Below are positions 21,077-28,978 of a DNA stretch of 64,000 bases, one piece after another; position 1 is the first letter of the stretch; the number at the start of each line of letters is the position of its first letter. Position numbers and translations under genes: made by a program. The notes under the pieces are model-generated. The model was not told the origin of the DNA, made no database searches, and saw nothing but the letters and a program-made list of their open reading frames with translations. The DNA is from an uncultured candidate division Zixibacteria bacterium. GTDB lineage: Bacteria > Zixibacteria > MSB-5A5 > GN15 > FEB-12. The stretch spans positions 1,376,001 through 1,440,000 of the forward strand of contig OY760907.1 in assembly GCA_963664195.1 (NCBI GenBank). The letters run 5' to 3'.

Positions 21077-21253
21077 CTATTTCAACAACACCGCCTTGAC
21101 GGTTTCGGTTCTGACTAAAAATGCCCGGTGGGCGGTATTCCGCTAAGCCGGTTTTCGCCAGGGAGTGGAAATGGTCAGGATTCTCTTGATGGGCATCAGG
21201 TTCCCTCCCGTAGCGAGTTTACACCAATATGCCTTGATATCCTGATTTGTCAA
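21077..21253 (-). pseudogene. Collapsed relic of a sorting-domain-bearing secreted protein gene
   Basis: TTGACA-16-CATATT promoter, GGGAGG RBS, ATG 21196 (MPIKRILTI...), and out-of-frame tail ...TVKAVLLK* ending at 21077. Confidence 0.45.
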
Positions 21254-21291
21254 GATTAAATGCAGACCGGCAGATGGATGATAGGGGGGAG

Positions 21292-22380
21292 CTATGAAGC
21301 CCACACGAGCTTTCTCTTCAGCCCGTTGCTCTTCGACCAGTGGTCGAGGAGTCCTTCGTGCTGAAGTCGTCCGACTACGATTCCGGGAGCAATACCAATT
21401 CGACGGGCGAAAGTGGCAATCGTCCTTTGACTGAGCGAAACGTGTTCATCAACCAAATCTTCCAACTCTTCAGGAGGAATGAGCGTGTTGGCAGCAAACC
21501 TGTTCGCTTCGCGTTCCTCAGGGCTGTCGGCATCGATTCCTTCGATAAAGATGTGCCGCTTCTTGTGCAGCAGAATATGGGCAGCTTCATGAAAAAAGGT
21601 GAACCACAGATGATCGTCGGTCTTGTACTTGAGGCTGAGTTGCAGAAGAGCCTTATCTTGTGAGAGCCATCTGGTGGCGCCGCTGGCAGTTCTCCTCAGT
21701 TCCTTAACAAATACCACAGCCACGCCGCACTCGGCGCACATGTCGATCACCTTCTGTTGGAAAACCGTGGGCGGTGCAGTAGTCAGCTTGCGGATGTTGG
21801 TCAGGCAGTGTTTGAACTTCTCTTTGTCATAGGAAGTGCAGTTGATTCTGCTAGCCACAAGTTCCCCCATACGCAACCAACAAGCCAAAGCATAGCGATC
21901 AGGTGCAAAGGAGGCCGATGTGCGAAATGCAATTTGGACACTACCCCAATGTTCCCCCCACGCGTCAGGAGATGCGACTCCAAAGAAGCCAAGCAGGTTC
22001 TGAAGTCGTGTCAATGGATCACGGACATCCGCCACCCACCTTCGGTTTGCCATAGTCTTGTAGGGAAAGTTGCGCACCCATTCAATATTCTGTCCAAGCG
22101 ATCGCTCTTCCGCAGCGCGAGCGAGGAACTCATCGAACCGGCGCTGACGGTTGTTCCAGAAACTCGACGGCACGCCCAACACCCTCTCAAGCTGTATGGC
22201 GGTTTCTGGAGATATTGGAGCCTTTCCCTTAATGATCTCGTTGATATGCTTCTGAGTTCTACCAGTGCGTTCCGCCAATTCCCTCTGCGACATCTGTCTG
22301 TCTTCAAGTATCTCGGACAGAGTATCCCCCGGTGGCGACACATAGTCGGGCCTGTATTCGTTGGCCAACTGCTTAGCCAT
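21292..22380 (-). CDS. higA: HigA-family HTH antitoxin fused to ImmA/IrrE (DUF955) metallopeptidase domain
   Basis: SPPGDTL...MSQRELAERTG...INEIIKGK...ETAIQLE...FWNN; C-terminal WFTFFHEAAHILLH (HExxH) and EREAN. Confidence 0.9.
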   Translation of the reverse strand: MAKQLANEYRPDYVSPPGDTLSEILEDRQMSQRELAERTGRTQKHINEIIKGKAPISPETAIQLERVLGVPSSFWNNRQRRFDEFLARAAEERSLGQNIEWVRNFPYKTMANRRWVADVRDPLTRLQNLLGFFGVASPDAWGEHWGSVQIAFRTSASFAPDRYALACWLRMGELVASRINCTSYDKEKFKHCLTNIRKLTTAPPTVFQQKVIDMCAECGVAVVFVKELRRTASGATRWLSQDKALLQLSLKYKTDDHLWFTFFHEAAHILLHKKRHIFIEGIDADSPEEREANRFAANTLIPPEELEDLVDEHVSLSQRTIATFARRIGIAPGIVVGRLQHEGLLDHWSKSNGLKRKLVWAS

Positions 22381-22710
22381 GTGTATCCTCCACTTCCAGG
22401 ATTCTAACCTTCGTCACTCGCCTTAAGTCGATTCCACCATCTTGCAGGTATGGCAGTGGTTCGTCAGCCAACTCAAACACCAATCTGAACGGATGTTTCA
22501 GATCAAGCGTCCACTGTCCTTTTCTGTCGCCGATGAGTGGATGACACCTCCGGGGATGAATTGCCACCAAATCACGAAGACTGTCAGCATCTCGCATCTC
22601 ATCGAGTCTCTGAAGTACTCTCTTGCCACTCACTTTCCCCACTGCTTCTGTGCGGCTTTCAGCGAATTGCAGTACTTCCGTAGCTTATTCGTACGAAACA
22701 GTATATCCAC
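22373..22710 (-). CDS. higB: HigB/RelE-family toxin split across two frames (-1 frameshift at 22639-22633)
   Basis: GTG 22710 gives MDILFRTNKLRKYCNSLKAAQKQWGK*; the -1 frame continues VSGKRVLQRLDEM...CHPLIGDRKGQWTLDLKHPFRLVF...ILEVEDTHG. Confidence 0.82.
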
Positions 22711-22728
22711 TTGTCGGCACGGGACTCA

Positions 22729-22757
22729 TTTGTATTAACGTAATAGGTTAATACAAA
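22729..22757. promoter_or_regulatory. Putative HigA operator (perfect 11-bp inverted repeat)
   Basis: TTTGTATTAAC-N7-GTTAATACAAA upstream of higB; minus-strand TTGACA at 22783-22778. Confidence 0.7.
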
Positions 22758-22890
22758 GTTTGCACCATGAAGGCAATTGTCAAGAAAAAAGACTGCAAAG
22801 AACCCAGAAAGTGATGTGGAGTACTGATTCCCCCCCCAAACTCCACGTCCTTAGCGGAGGCGGCGCAGTCGAAACACGCCAAGGCGGTCT

Positions 22891-24087
22891 CTACTTCTTT
22901 CCGCCGAAAAATCCGGCCAGACGTTCAGAGTAAGCCGTCAGTTCCGTCATCTCCTCATCCGACGGCACCAGTCGTGCACGGAAATCTTCCTCGAACACTT
23001 TCAGTTTCAGCCCGGCCAGACGTTCTGCTACCAGTTTGACGCCTTCCCCGCCCCAGCCGTAGGAGCCGAATACGGCCGCCTTCTTGCCGATGCGGTAAAC
23101 GGTCGAGAACAGGTTGACCAGATTCCAGACCGGCTCGACCGCGTCGCCGTTGAAAGTTGGCGTTCCGATGACAACGCCGATACTTGACTCGATCAACTCT
23201 TTGGCTTCGTCAGCGTTTATCTCGGTAATGTTGGCAAGCTCTGATGTCAGGCCGTACTTGCCGAGTTCTCCGGCCATTGCCTCGGCGAGCTTTTTCGTGT
23301 TGCCGTAGTTCGACGCATAAAACAACGCGATTTGCTGTTTGCCGGCGGTCTTGTCGGCGCACCATTCCTTATACTTGTCTATGTACTGGCGTGGATGCGA
23401 ACGAAGGATCGGACCGTGGGAGGTGGCGATCATCTGGATATCGAGGTCGTCGAGTTTGGTCAGATTCTTGCGAGCAAAGCCGGTGAACGGCCGCATGATG
23501 GCATCCCAGTAATAGTAGAACTCATGGGCGAGATCGAGTCCTTCGGGGACTTCATCGTCGTACAACGTGTCGGTCGCCAGGTGCGCGGCGAAACCGTCGT
23601 TGGAGAACAGGATTTTATCTTCCTTGAGATAATCCATCATGGTATCTGGCCAGTGCATGTACGGCATTCCCTTGAACAGGAGCGTTTTGCCGCCGAGGTC
23701 AAGTTCATGACCGTCTTTGACGCCAGTGATGTCAGCCTCGCGGTTGATGACGTTTTTGAGAAACGGCATGGCCGGTGCGGAGCAGATCAACTTGATATTC
23801 GGTGCCCTGTCAAGGATAGTCAAAATGCCGCCGGAATGGTCCGGCTCGTTATGGTTCACGACCAGGTAGTTGATAGATTCCACCGGAACGATTTCGTTGA
23901 TGTTGGTGAGGTACTCCTCGACAAACTCCAGCTTGACCGTATCGACCAGAGCCGTTTTTTCACCTTTGATGAGGTAGGCATTGTACGTGGTTCCGTGCTC
24001 GGTTTTCATCACAATATCGAACACCGGCAGTTCGGGATCTTTGACGCCCACCGAGTAGACGTTTTTTGCAATCTGTATAGCGCTCAT
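22891..24087 (-). CDS. fprA: Flavodiiron protein (A-type flavoprotein, O2/NO reductase)
   Basis: GTTYNAYLI, NHNEPDHS, HWPD, SHG and flavodoxin domain (YASNYGNT, GTPT, FGSYGWGG). Confidence 0.93.
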   Translation of the reverse strand: MSAIQIAKNVYSVGVKDPELPVFDIVMKTEHGTTYNAYLIKGEKTALVDTVKLEFVEEYLTNINEIVPVESINYLVVNHNEPDHSGGILTILDRAPNIKLICSAPAMPFLKNVINREADITGVKDGHELDLGGKTLLFKGMPYMHWPDTMMDYLKEDKILFSNDGFAAHLATDTLYDDEVPEGLDLAHEFYYYWDAIMRPFTGFARKNLTKLDDLDIQMIATSHGPILRSHPRQYIDKYKEWCADKTAGKQQIALFYASNYGNTKKLAEAMAGELGKYGLTSELANITEINADEAKELIESSIGVVIGTPTFNGDAVEPVWNLVNLFSTVYRIGKKAAVFGSYGWGGEGVKLVAERLAGLKLKVFEEDFRARLVPSDEEMTELTAYSERLAGFFGGKK

Positions 24088-24220
24088 AGACTTGTTCGCT
24101 CCGTTAGTTAGTATGTCCGGTGGAATATATATAAAAACGGGAGCAACACAAGCGGTGTACCTTGATGGCCGTCATGATCCCGAATGTCAAGAAGTGACCC
24201 GATATGCCGAAGATCTGAAT

Positions 24221-24532
24221 ATGAAGATTCTGCAGATGAGAGACGCTGATGACTGTTTCGACGGTTCCTTCATGAAGGAAGCCATTTTGGAACAGCCTGC
24301 TACCGAGTCCTTCATCCTCTATCTCGGGGGATTCGGGGAGTTGCAGTACTATTCCGATTTCAAGAGACCGTTTTTTCGCCTCGACATACCGCAGAAGCTC
24401 ATCCTCAAAGGGATTCAGGGGATGCCGAAGCTGACAGTGATCTTCAGCCGGGACGATACCGAGGGCGGGGTGGCGATGTTTGAGCAGATTGTCTCCAGGT
24501 TCGACGTCCAGACTGAACCAACACGTATTTGA
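24221..24532 (+). CDS. Hypothetical protein (about 103 aa)
   Basis: MKILQMRDADDCFDGSF...RPFFR; protein-like composition, divergent from fprA. Confidence 0.6.
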   Translation: MKILQMRDADDCFDGSFMKEAILEQPATESFILYLGGFGELQYYSDFKRPFFRLDIPQKLILKGIQGMPKLTVIFSRDDTEGGVAMFEQIVSRFDVQTEPTRI

Positions 24533-24602
24533 TGCTTCACAGCCGATTGTGCCAATTCCATACAATGCTGTCTACTGTACATTAATAGACCCATGAGTGG
24601 CC

Positions 24603-24630
24603 TTAAGTCATCCTTCTGTTTCGCCGAGAA
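24603..24630 (+). promoter_or_regulatory. sigma28-like promoter
   Basis: TTAAG-N15-GCCGAGAA upstream of the small-protein/V4R operon. Confidence 0.45.
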
Positions 24631-24722
24631 CACGTACAATGCTGCGATCCGGAGAAGCACAGGCGGCTTCATTCGCCACGGCAGAATTTTGAGACAAATT
24701 ACTTCACAACAGGAGGCGTGCA

Positions 24723-24902
24723 ATGGGAGCACGATTGACTGGCTTTTATGCCGAAGCCAAGCAGCTTGGCGGTCTCAAGGCTACGATGAGACTTGCCGTA
24801 GCAACAGGGGTGCCGTCAACGAAGGCGGGCTCAGAGGCCGATTCACCGGAACTCGTCAAGAAGTTTGAAACGGCGCTGGCCGCTATCAAGAAAGAATTGT
24901 AA
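24723..24902 (+). CDS. Small 59-aa helical protein (absent from ORF track)
   Basis: AGGAGG RBS; MGARLTGFYAEAKQLGGLKATMRLAVATGVPSTKAGSEADSPELVKKFETALAAIKKEL; stop 10 nt before the next gene. Confidence 0.8.
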   Translation: MGARLTGFYAEAKQLGGLKATMRLAVATGVPSTKAGSEADSPELVKKFETALAAIKKEL

Positions 24903-24912
24903 GGGGTAACAA

Positions 24913-25482
24913 ATGACAACACAAACCAAGACTCAGACGTTTACCTCTGACAACTCTTCGGTCGTCTACGAGGTCAACCAGACATTCGACAAACAGAAAA
25001 TGCGTCACTACTTCAATGGTGAGTGCAGCGTTCTTCATTGTCACCATTATGCCACTCTGTTCACGCAGTTGGCCACCGACGCTCAGGATTTTCAGGGGCC
25101 GACCCATCTGGCAGAAGCTTCAGCAGAAACGTTCTATCCGATTCTGAAGAAACGCTTCAAAGAGCAGCAGGTTTCCGATGTCTCTGACAGGATCAGTCTG
25201 GTGGAGCAGTATTATTCACTGGTCGGATTAGGACGCGTCAAGTTCCAGTGCTCTGACGGTTATGCAGCCGTTGAAATGGGCCACTCCCACGTTGACGAGG
25301 GTTGGCTGAAGAAGTGGGGTCCGCGTGACAGCCGGGTCAATTTCATGGGCGAGGGGTACATCAAGGCCGCCTGCGCCGCGATTTTCGACCTGAACAACTG
25401 GAACAACATCAGCGTGCAGGAGACACAGAGTATCGTTTGCGGTGCCTCCACCTCCCGCTTTGAAGCGAAATGGCAGAGATAA
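24913..25482 (+). CDS. V4R/H-NOX-like domain protein
   Basis: HCHHY motif, GLG turn, GYIKAAC, ETQSIVCGASTSRF terminal V4R pattern. Confidence 0.7.
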   Translation: MTTQTKTQTFTSDNSSVVYEVNQTFDKQKMRHYFNGECSVLHCHHYATLFTQLATDAQDFQGPTHLAEASAETFYPILKKRFKEQQVSDVSDRISLVEQYYSLVGLGRVKFQCSDGYAAVEMGHSHVDEGWLKKWGPRDSRVNFMGEGYIKAACAAIFDLNNWNNISVQETQSIVCGASTSRFEAKWQR

Positions 25483-25492
25483 GGAGTAGTCA

Positions 25493-26077
25493 ATGGCTAT
25501 AAATAGAGATACAGTAATTAACGACCTCTCGTCGATCCGCGTCAAGGGCAACGATGAAGGTCTTATCCCCGCTTTTGGCGTCCTCGTCAATCAGTTGCCG
25601 GCCAATTTCTGGAATACGTTTTCATCGAAGATACTCGACGCTGCCGGCGAAGATCTCAGCGAGGCCGCCGAGGCCCTGCTGGAAAACGCCGCTGCCGAGT
25701 GCGGGTATCACACCGGCTACGGTATCATCACCTCGGAAGAATTCCAGTCTGTTGTTGGACCGATGATCGAGAAGCAGCCGGAGGATGTCCTCCACGGTGC
25801 CTACGGCGTATTCACTGCCTGGGGTTGGGCCAATTCTGAAATCGTAGAGTTGGATCCGGGCCAGAAAATGGTCGTCCGGGCGTATGACTACTACGAGGGC
25901 GACATGAAGGACTCTAAAGGTATGGTCGCTCACATGATTCGTGGCGTCTCACGTGCCTTCATGGATCTCGCTTACAGCGAGCAGTACCCGAAAGGTTTTG
26001 GCAAGTTCAAATGCGAACAGACCAAGGGTATCGAGATGGGTGACGAGTACGGCGAATTCGTCGTGACCCCGGCCTGA
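25493..26077 (+). CDS. V4R (4-vinyl reductase-like) domain protein
   Basis: ECGYHTG, AWGWA, CEQTKGIEMGDEYGEF; AAGGAG RBS. Confidence 0.75.
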   Translation: MAINRDTVINDLSSIRVKGNDEGLIPAFGVLVNQLPANFWNTFSSKILDAAGEDLSEAAEALLENAAAECGYHTGYGIITSEEFQSVVGPMIEKQPEDVLHGAYGVFTAWGWANSEIVELDPGQKMVVRAYDYYEGDMKDSKGMVAHMIRGVSRAFMDLAYSEQYPKGFGKFKCEQTKGIEMGDEYGEFVVTPA

Positions 26078-26102
26078 CGGCCCATTCGATAGACTAATAC
26101 TT

Positions 26103-26137
26103 GAGCAGGGCGCCGAAACGGCGCTCTGTTTTTGTTT
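26103..26137 (+). terminator. Rho-independent terminator
   Basis: GAGCAGGGCGCCG-AAA-CGGCGCTCTGTTT followed by T-rich tract. Confidence 0.8.
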
Positions 26138-26198
26138 GGGTCATGCATCTGTCTCGCAATGGCTTATGTATTGTGCCTGCCAACGGATATCTCACCTG

Positions 26199-26226
26199 CA
26201 AAGCTCCTGCAAAGAACAGCCGATAA
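26199..26226 (+). promoter_or_regulatory. sigma28-like promoter
   Basis: CAAAG-N15-GCCGATAA. Confidence 0.5.
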
Positions 26227-26395
26227 TCTTACTAATGGTCTGGGGCTGACAACGACTGAGACTCCGGTATTTTCCTTCGATACCTTTCACCGCACCTGAC
26301 AGACTCGTTACCACTGCTCCCCCTTTTCCAGACTCAGAGCAAGAAACAGATTGCAGCACAGGCAGTTAGCTGCCTGCTATGGAAGAAGGCACCGG

Positions 26396-26902
26396 GTGAT
26401 AATACCGACAAAAACACAGGTTTACTCCTCGGAAGGATCAACGATCATGTTGGATCCCGGATCGTGGTCTGTCTCATTCGTGAAGCCTTTCTCCGAAATC
26501 GGGGCATTCTACGATCCACGGGGAGAGGTGTTTTTGGTCGAAGCTGCCGCAGAGACGTTTTCGTCGGCCCTGAAAAGCTGTTTTTCGGGCCAGCCAGTCA
26601 CCAACATATCCGACCGCATATCGCTGGCCGAACAATACTTTGCGTTCCTGGGGATGGGCAGAATACACATGACGTGCTCAGGCGATGGGGCCCTGGTCAG
26701 TGTATTGCTGACCGACGATGCCCTGGGAACATGCAGACCCCAGCCTGAAGAGTGGTTCCGATTGGTGACCGTGGGCTATATCAAAGCAGCCTGTGCCGCG
26801 GTAATCGAAACCGTGACGTTTCAGAAAATAGCTGTTAGCAGAATGCACAAACCGAATGATGTGTCTGCCGAACAAACGTTTCAGGCATCCTGGCCGACAT
26901 GA
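26396..26902 (+). CDS. Diverged paralog of the 24913 V4R-like protein
   Basis: TKTQ start, AETF, SDRISLxEQY and GYIKAACAA shared with the 24913 protein; HCHHY segment missing. Confidence 0.7.
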   Translation: MIIPTKTQVYSSEGSTIMLDPGSWSVSFVKPFSEIGAFYDPRGEVFLVEAAAETFSSALKSCFSGQPVTNISDRISLAEQYFAFLGMGRIHMTCSGDGALVSVLLTDDALGTCRPQPEEWFRLVTVGYIKAACAAVIETVTFQKIAVSRMHKPNDVSAEQTFQASWPT

Positions 26903-26930
26903 AAAAGGGTGCCTCGTGGCACCCCTTTTC
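26902..26930. terminator. Bidirectional terminator between convergent genes
   Basis: AAAAAGGGTGCC-TCGT-GGCACCCCTTTT. Confidence 0.75.
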
Positions 26931-26949
26931 GATAGTACCTTGCTTCATG

Positions 26950-27897
26950 CTACCTGGTAGTCGCCACCGGCAATTGTGCCATGGCGAATTTCACTACAGC
27001 ATCACAAAGCGCGTCTTCCTTGGCAGGTCGAACCCCCGTGGTCAGCAGGCCGGGTGCCGTCAGCTCGGCCAACGTGGCGTACTCCGGAGAATCGAGAACT
27101 TCCTGCGGGGCGAGAACCAATGTGGTCTTCGATAGTCCTTGAATCTGATCGCTGTCACGGTACTCGGCGGCATAGCCGGAGCGAAGGTCATACCAGAACC
27201 AAAAGATAGTATGTCTGAGTGGGATCCAGAACGTGTGGTTGCGGTCGAACATGACGTTGAGCCAGCGCTCAGTCGAGAGGTATGGTTCGATTGCAACCAC
27301 GGCATCCATGCGCGACTCCTCGGCTGAAGCAAGGATGCAGGCATCGGCACCAAGGCCGTAGCCAACCGTCACAAACGGATGGGTGAGGCGATCACGAAGC
27401 GCCAGGTATGGGACAATTTCCGCAAGATCGGTGGCCTCGTACTGCCCATCGCCGTGGTACTCGCCCGATGTCAGCCCGGTGGCGCGCTGATCGTAGACGA
27501 CAACGGCGAAACCGGAGTCAACCAGCATACGAGCCAACGGCAGCATGGAAAGGCGGTCATGTCCGTCGTCGTGGGCCAACAAAGCGGTTCCACAAGGAAC
27601 GAATGCATTGTCGGGCGCGGTGGTATCCACGCCTGCGGTCAGGTAGGCACAAGCCAGCGAAGTGACGCCGTCTGCCTCGATATGAAACGTGTCAACTGCG
27701 AACCCGGCCTCCAGGAACGGAGTCGGATCGTTCACTCCCAGCGAGTCTGCATTGTACTCATCAACGTTCTCTCGTGCAGCAAGCGCCTTGGTGCGGTTCA
27801 GGGGGTAGATGACGAAGGTCATCAAGAGCAGGCCGACCACTGCGAGAAATACGACAATCTGGATGACTTCTTTGAGCGTCTGTGACATCTTGGCCAT
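26950..27897 (-). CDS. Membrane-anchored alpha/beta-hydrolase fold protein, nucleophile apparently absent
   Basis: N-terminal TM; GFAVVVYDQRATG; elbow reads GYGLG instead of GxSxG. Confidence 0.8.
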   Translation of the reverse strand: MAKMSQTLKEVIQIVVFLAVVGLLLMTFVIYPLNRTKALAARENVDEYNADSLGVNDPTPFLEAGFAVDTFHIEADGVTSLACAYLTAGVDTTAPDNAFVPCGTALLAHDDGHDRLSMLPLARMLVDSGFAVVVYDQRATGLTSGEYHGDGQYEATDLAEIVPYLALRDRLTHPFVTVGYGLGADACILASAEESRMDAVVAIEPYLSTERWLNVMFDRNHTFWIPLRHTIFWFWYDLRSGYAAEYRDSDQIQGLSKTTLVLAPQEVLDSPEYATLAELTAPGLLTTGVRPAKEDALCDAVVKFAMAQLPVATTR

Positions 27898-28618
27898 AGT
27901 GTATGCTAACTCCTTTTTGGCTAGGCAGTTATGATAGCCAAAAGCACTGCGGTGTCAATACAAAAAACGTTGTGTATGTTGTGAAGGTCGACATGCGTGG
28001 GGATAATGTTAGTCCAATCAACGCCTGTTTTCTGATTATCTGTCCGGGATCCAAACGTGCTCCCATCGTGCTCCCGCGTTGTGCGTGGGCGTTTTGACAC
28101 TTCCTGGCGGTACTGGCATGCCCGGCATTGGTAGAGCCTGGCCGGTCCCACGTGCCCTTTCCCCGCTATTGACGGGGACATACGGAGATGCTGTCCTGAG
28201 AGCGAGGTTACGGCCGTATCGTGCTCCCGATGGTGCTCCGGATGCTCCCGCCCGCCGCCCACAACCTGACCGGATGAACCGCCGACGGGGGCCGGTGTGG
28301 ACCAGGGGGAGCCGAATCGGCGGTGTGGCGTAGGAACTGCGTCAGATTTCCCGGACGAGCGAGGTCTGTTTTCTTGTTCCGGGATCGTTATTACTAAGAT
28401 TGCTGCCACTCTTATAATGTGCAGGCGGTAGCCATTTATGGACATGCGTATCCCGGACTGGCAATGCCTTGTTTGTCCACGTTTGGGTTGGCTTGTCGGC
28501 GGGGGATTAAGATGTGATACAATTGCGCAATCTCCGTATTCCCGCTCTGAGAAAGGGATTACAGGGGGGGTGGAAACGGCCGTACGACAGTAGTCGCCAA
28601 TCTTTTTGAATTAATCTG

Positions 28619-28646
28619 TTGACAATTCAAGGGATCAAGGTATATT
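28619..28646 (+). promoter_or_regulatory. sigma70-type promoter upstream of the surface-protein cluster
   Basis: TTGACA-16-TATATT. Confidence 0.5.
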
Positions 28647-28978
28647 GCCCCCGGATGATATTTGTAGGTTTCACTATAAGTTACTTGAGGTCAAGCCTAA
28701 GGCGGACCGTTTTTTACCAACAGCTTTCCGATCTATTATACTCAAACATGTGTACTTCGCTCTTGTGGCGGCTGTGGGGGTCACCCGGGAGTATCAGGCA
28801 GGTTACTTTCTAAGCACTACTGGTAAAGTGTCTTAAACAGTCTGAGAGATGTCAAGAATTGGCGTATGTGCCGATTATAGTCTCTATATATCTGTTGATA
28901 ACACTTTTCTCGTAGTTTGTTAACCCGAGCTAGGGAGCTTAAGTGCAACTATCACGACCTGGTCTTAGGGAGGCATCC

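Noticed and set aside
24593..24868. 91-aa ORF upstream of the V4R genes
   Set aside because: The overlapping 59-aa frame at 24723-24902 has the RBS, better composition and operon spacing
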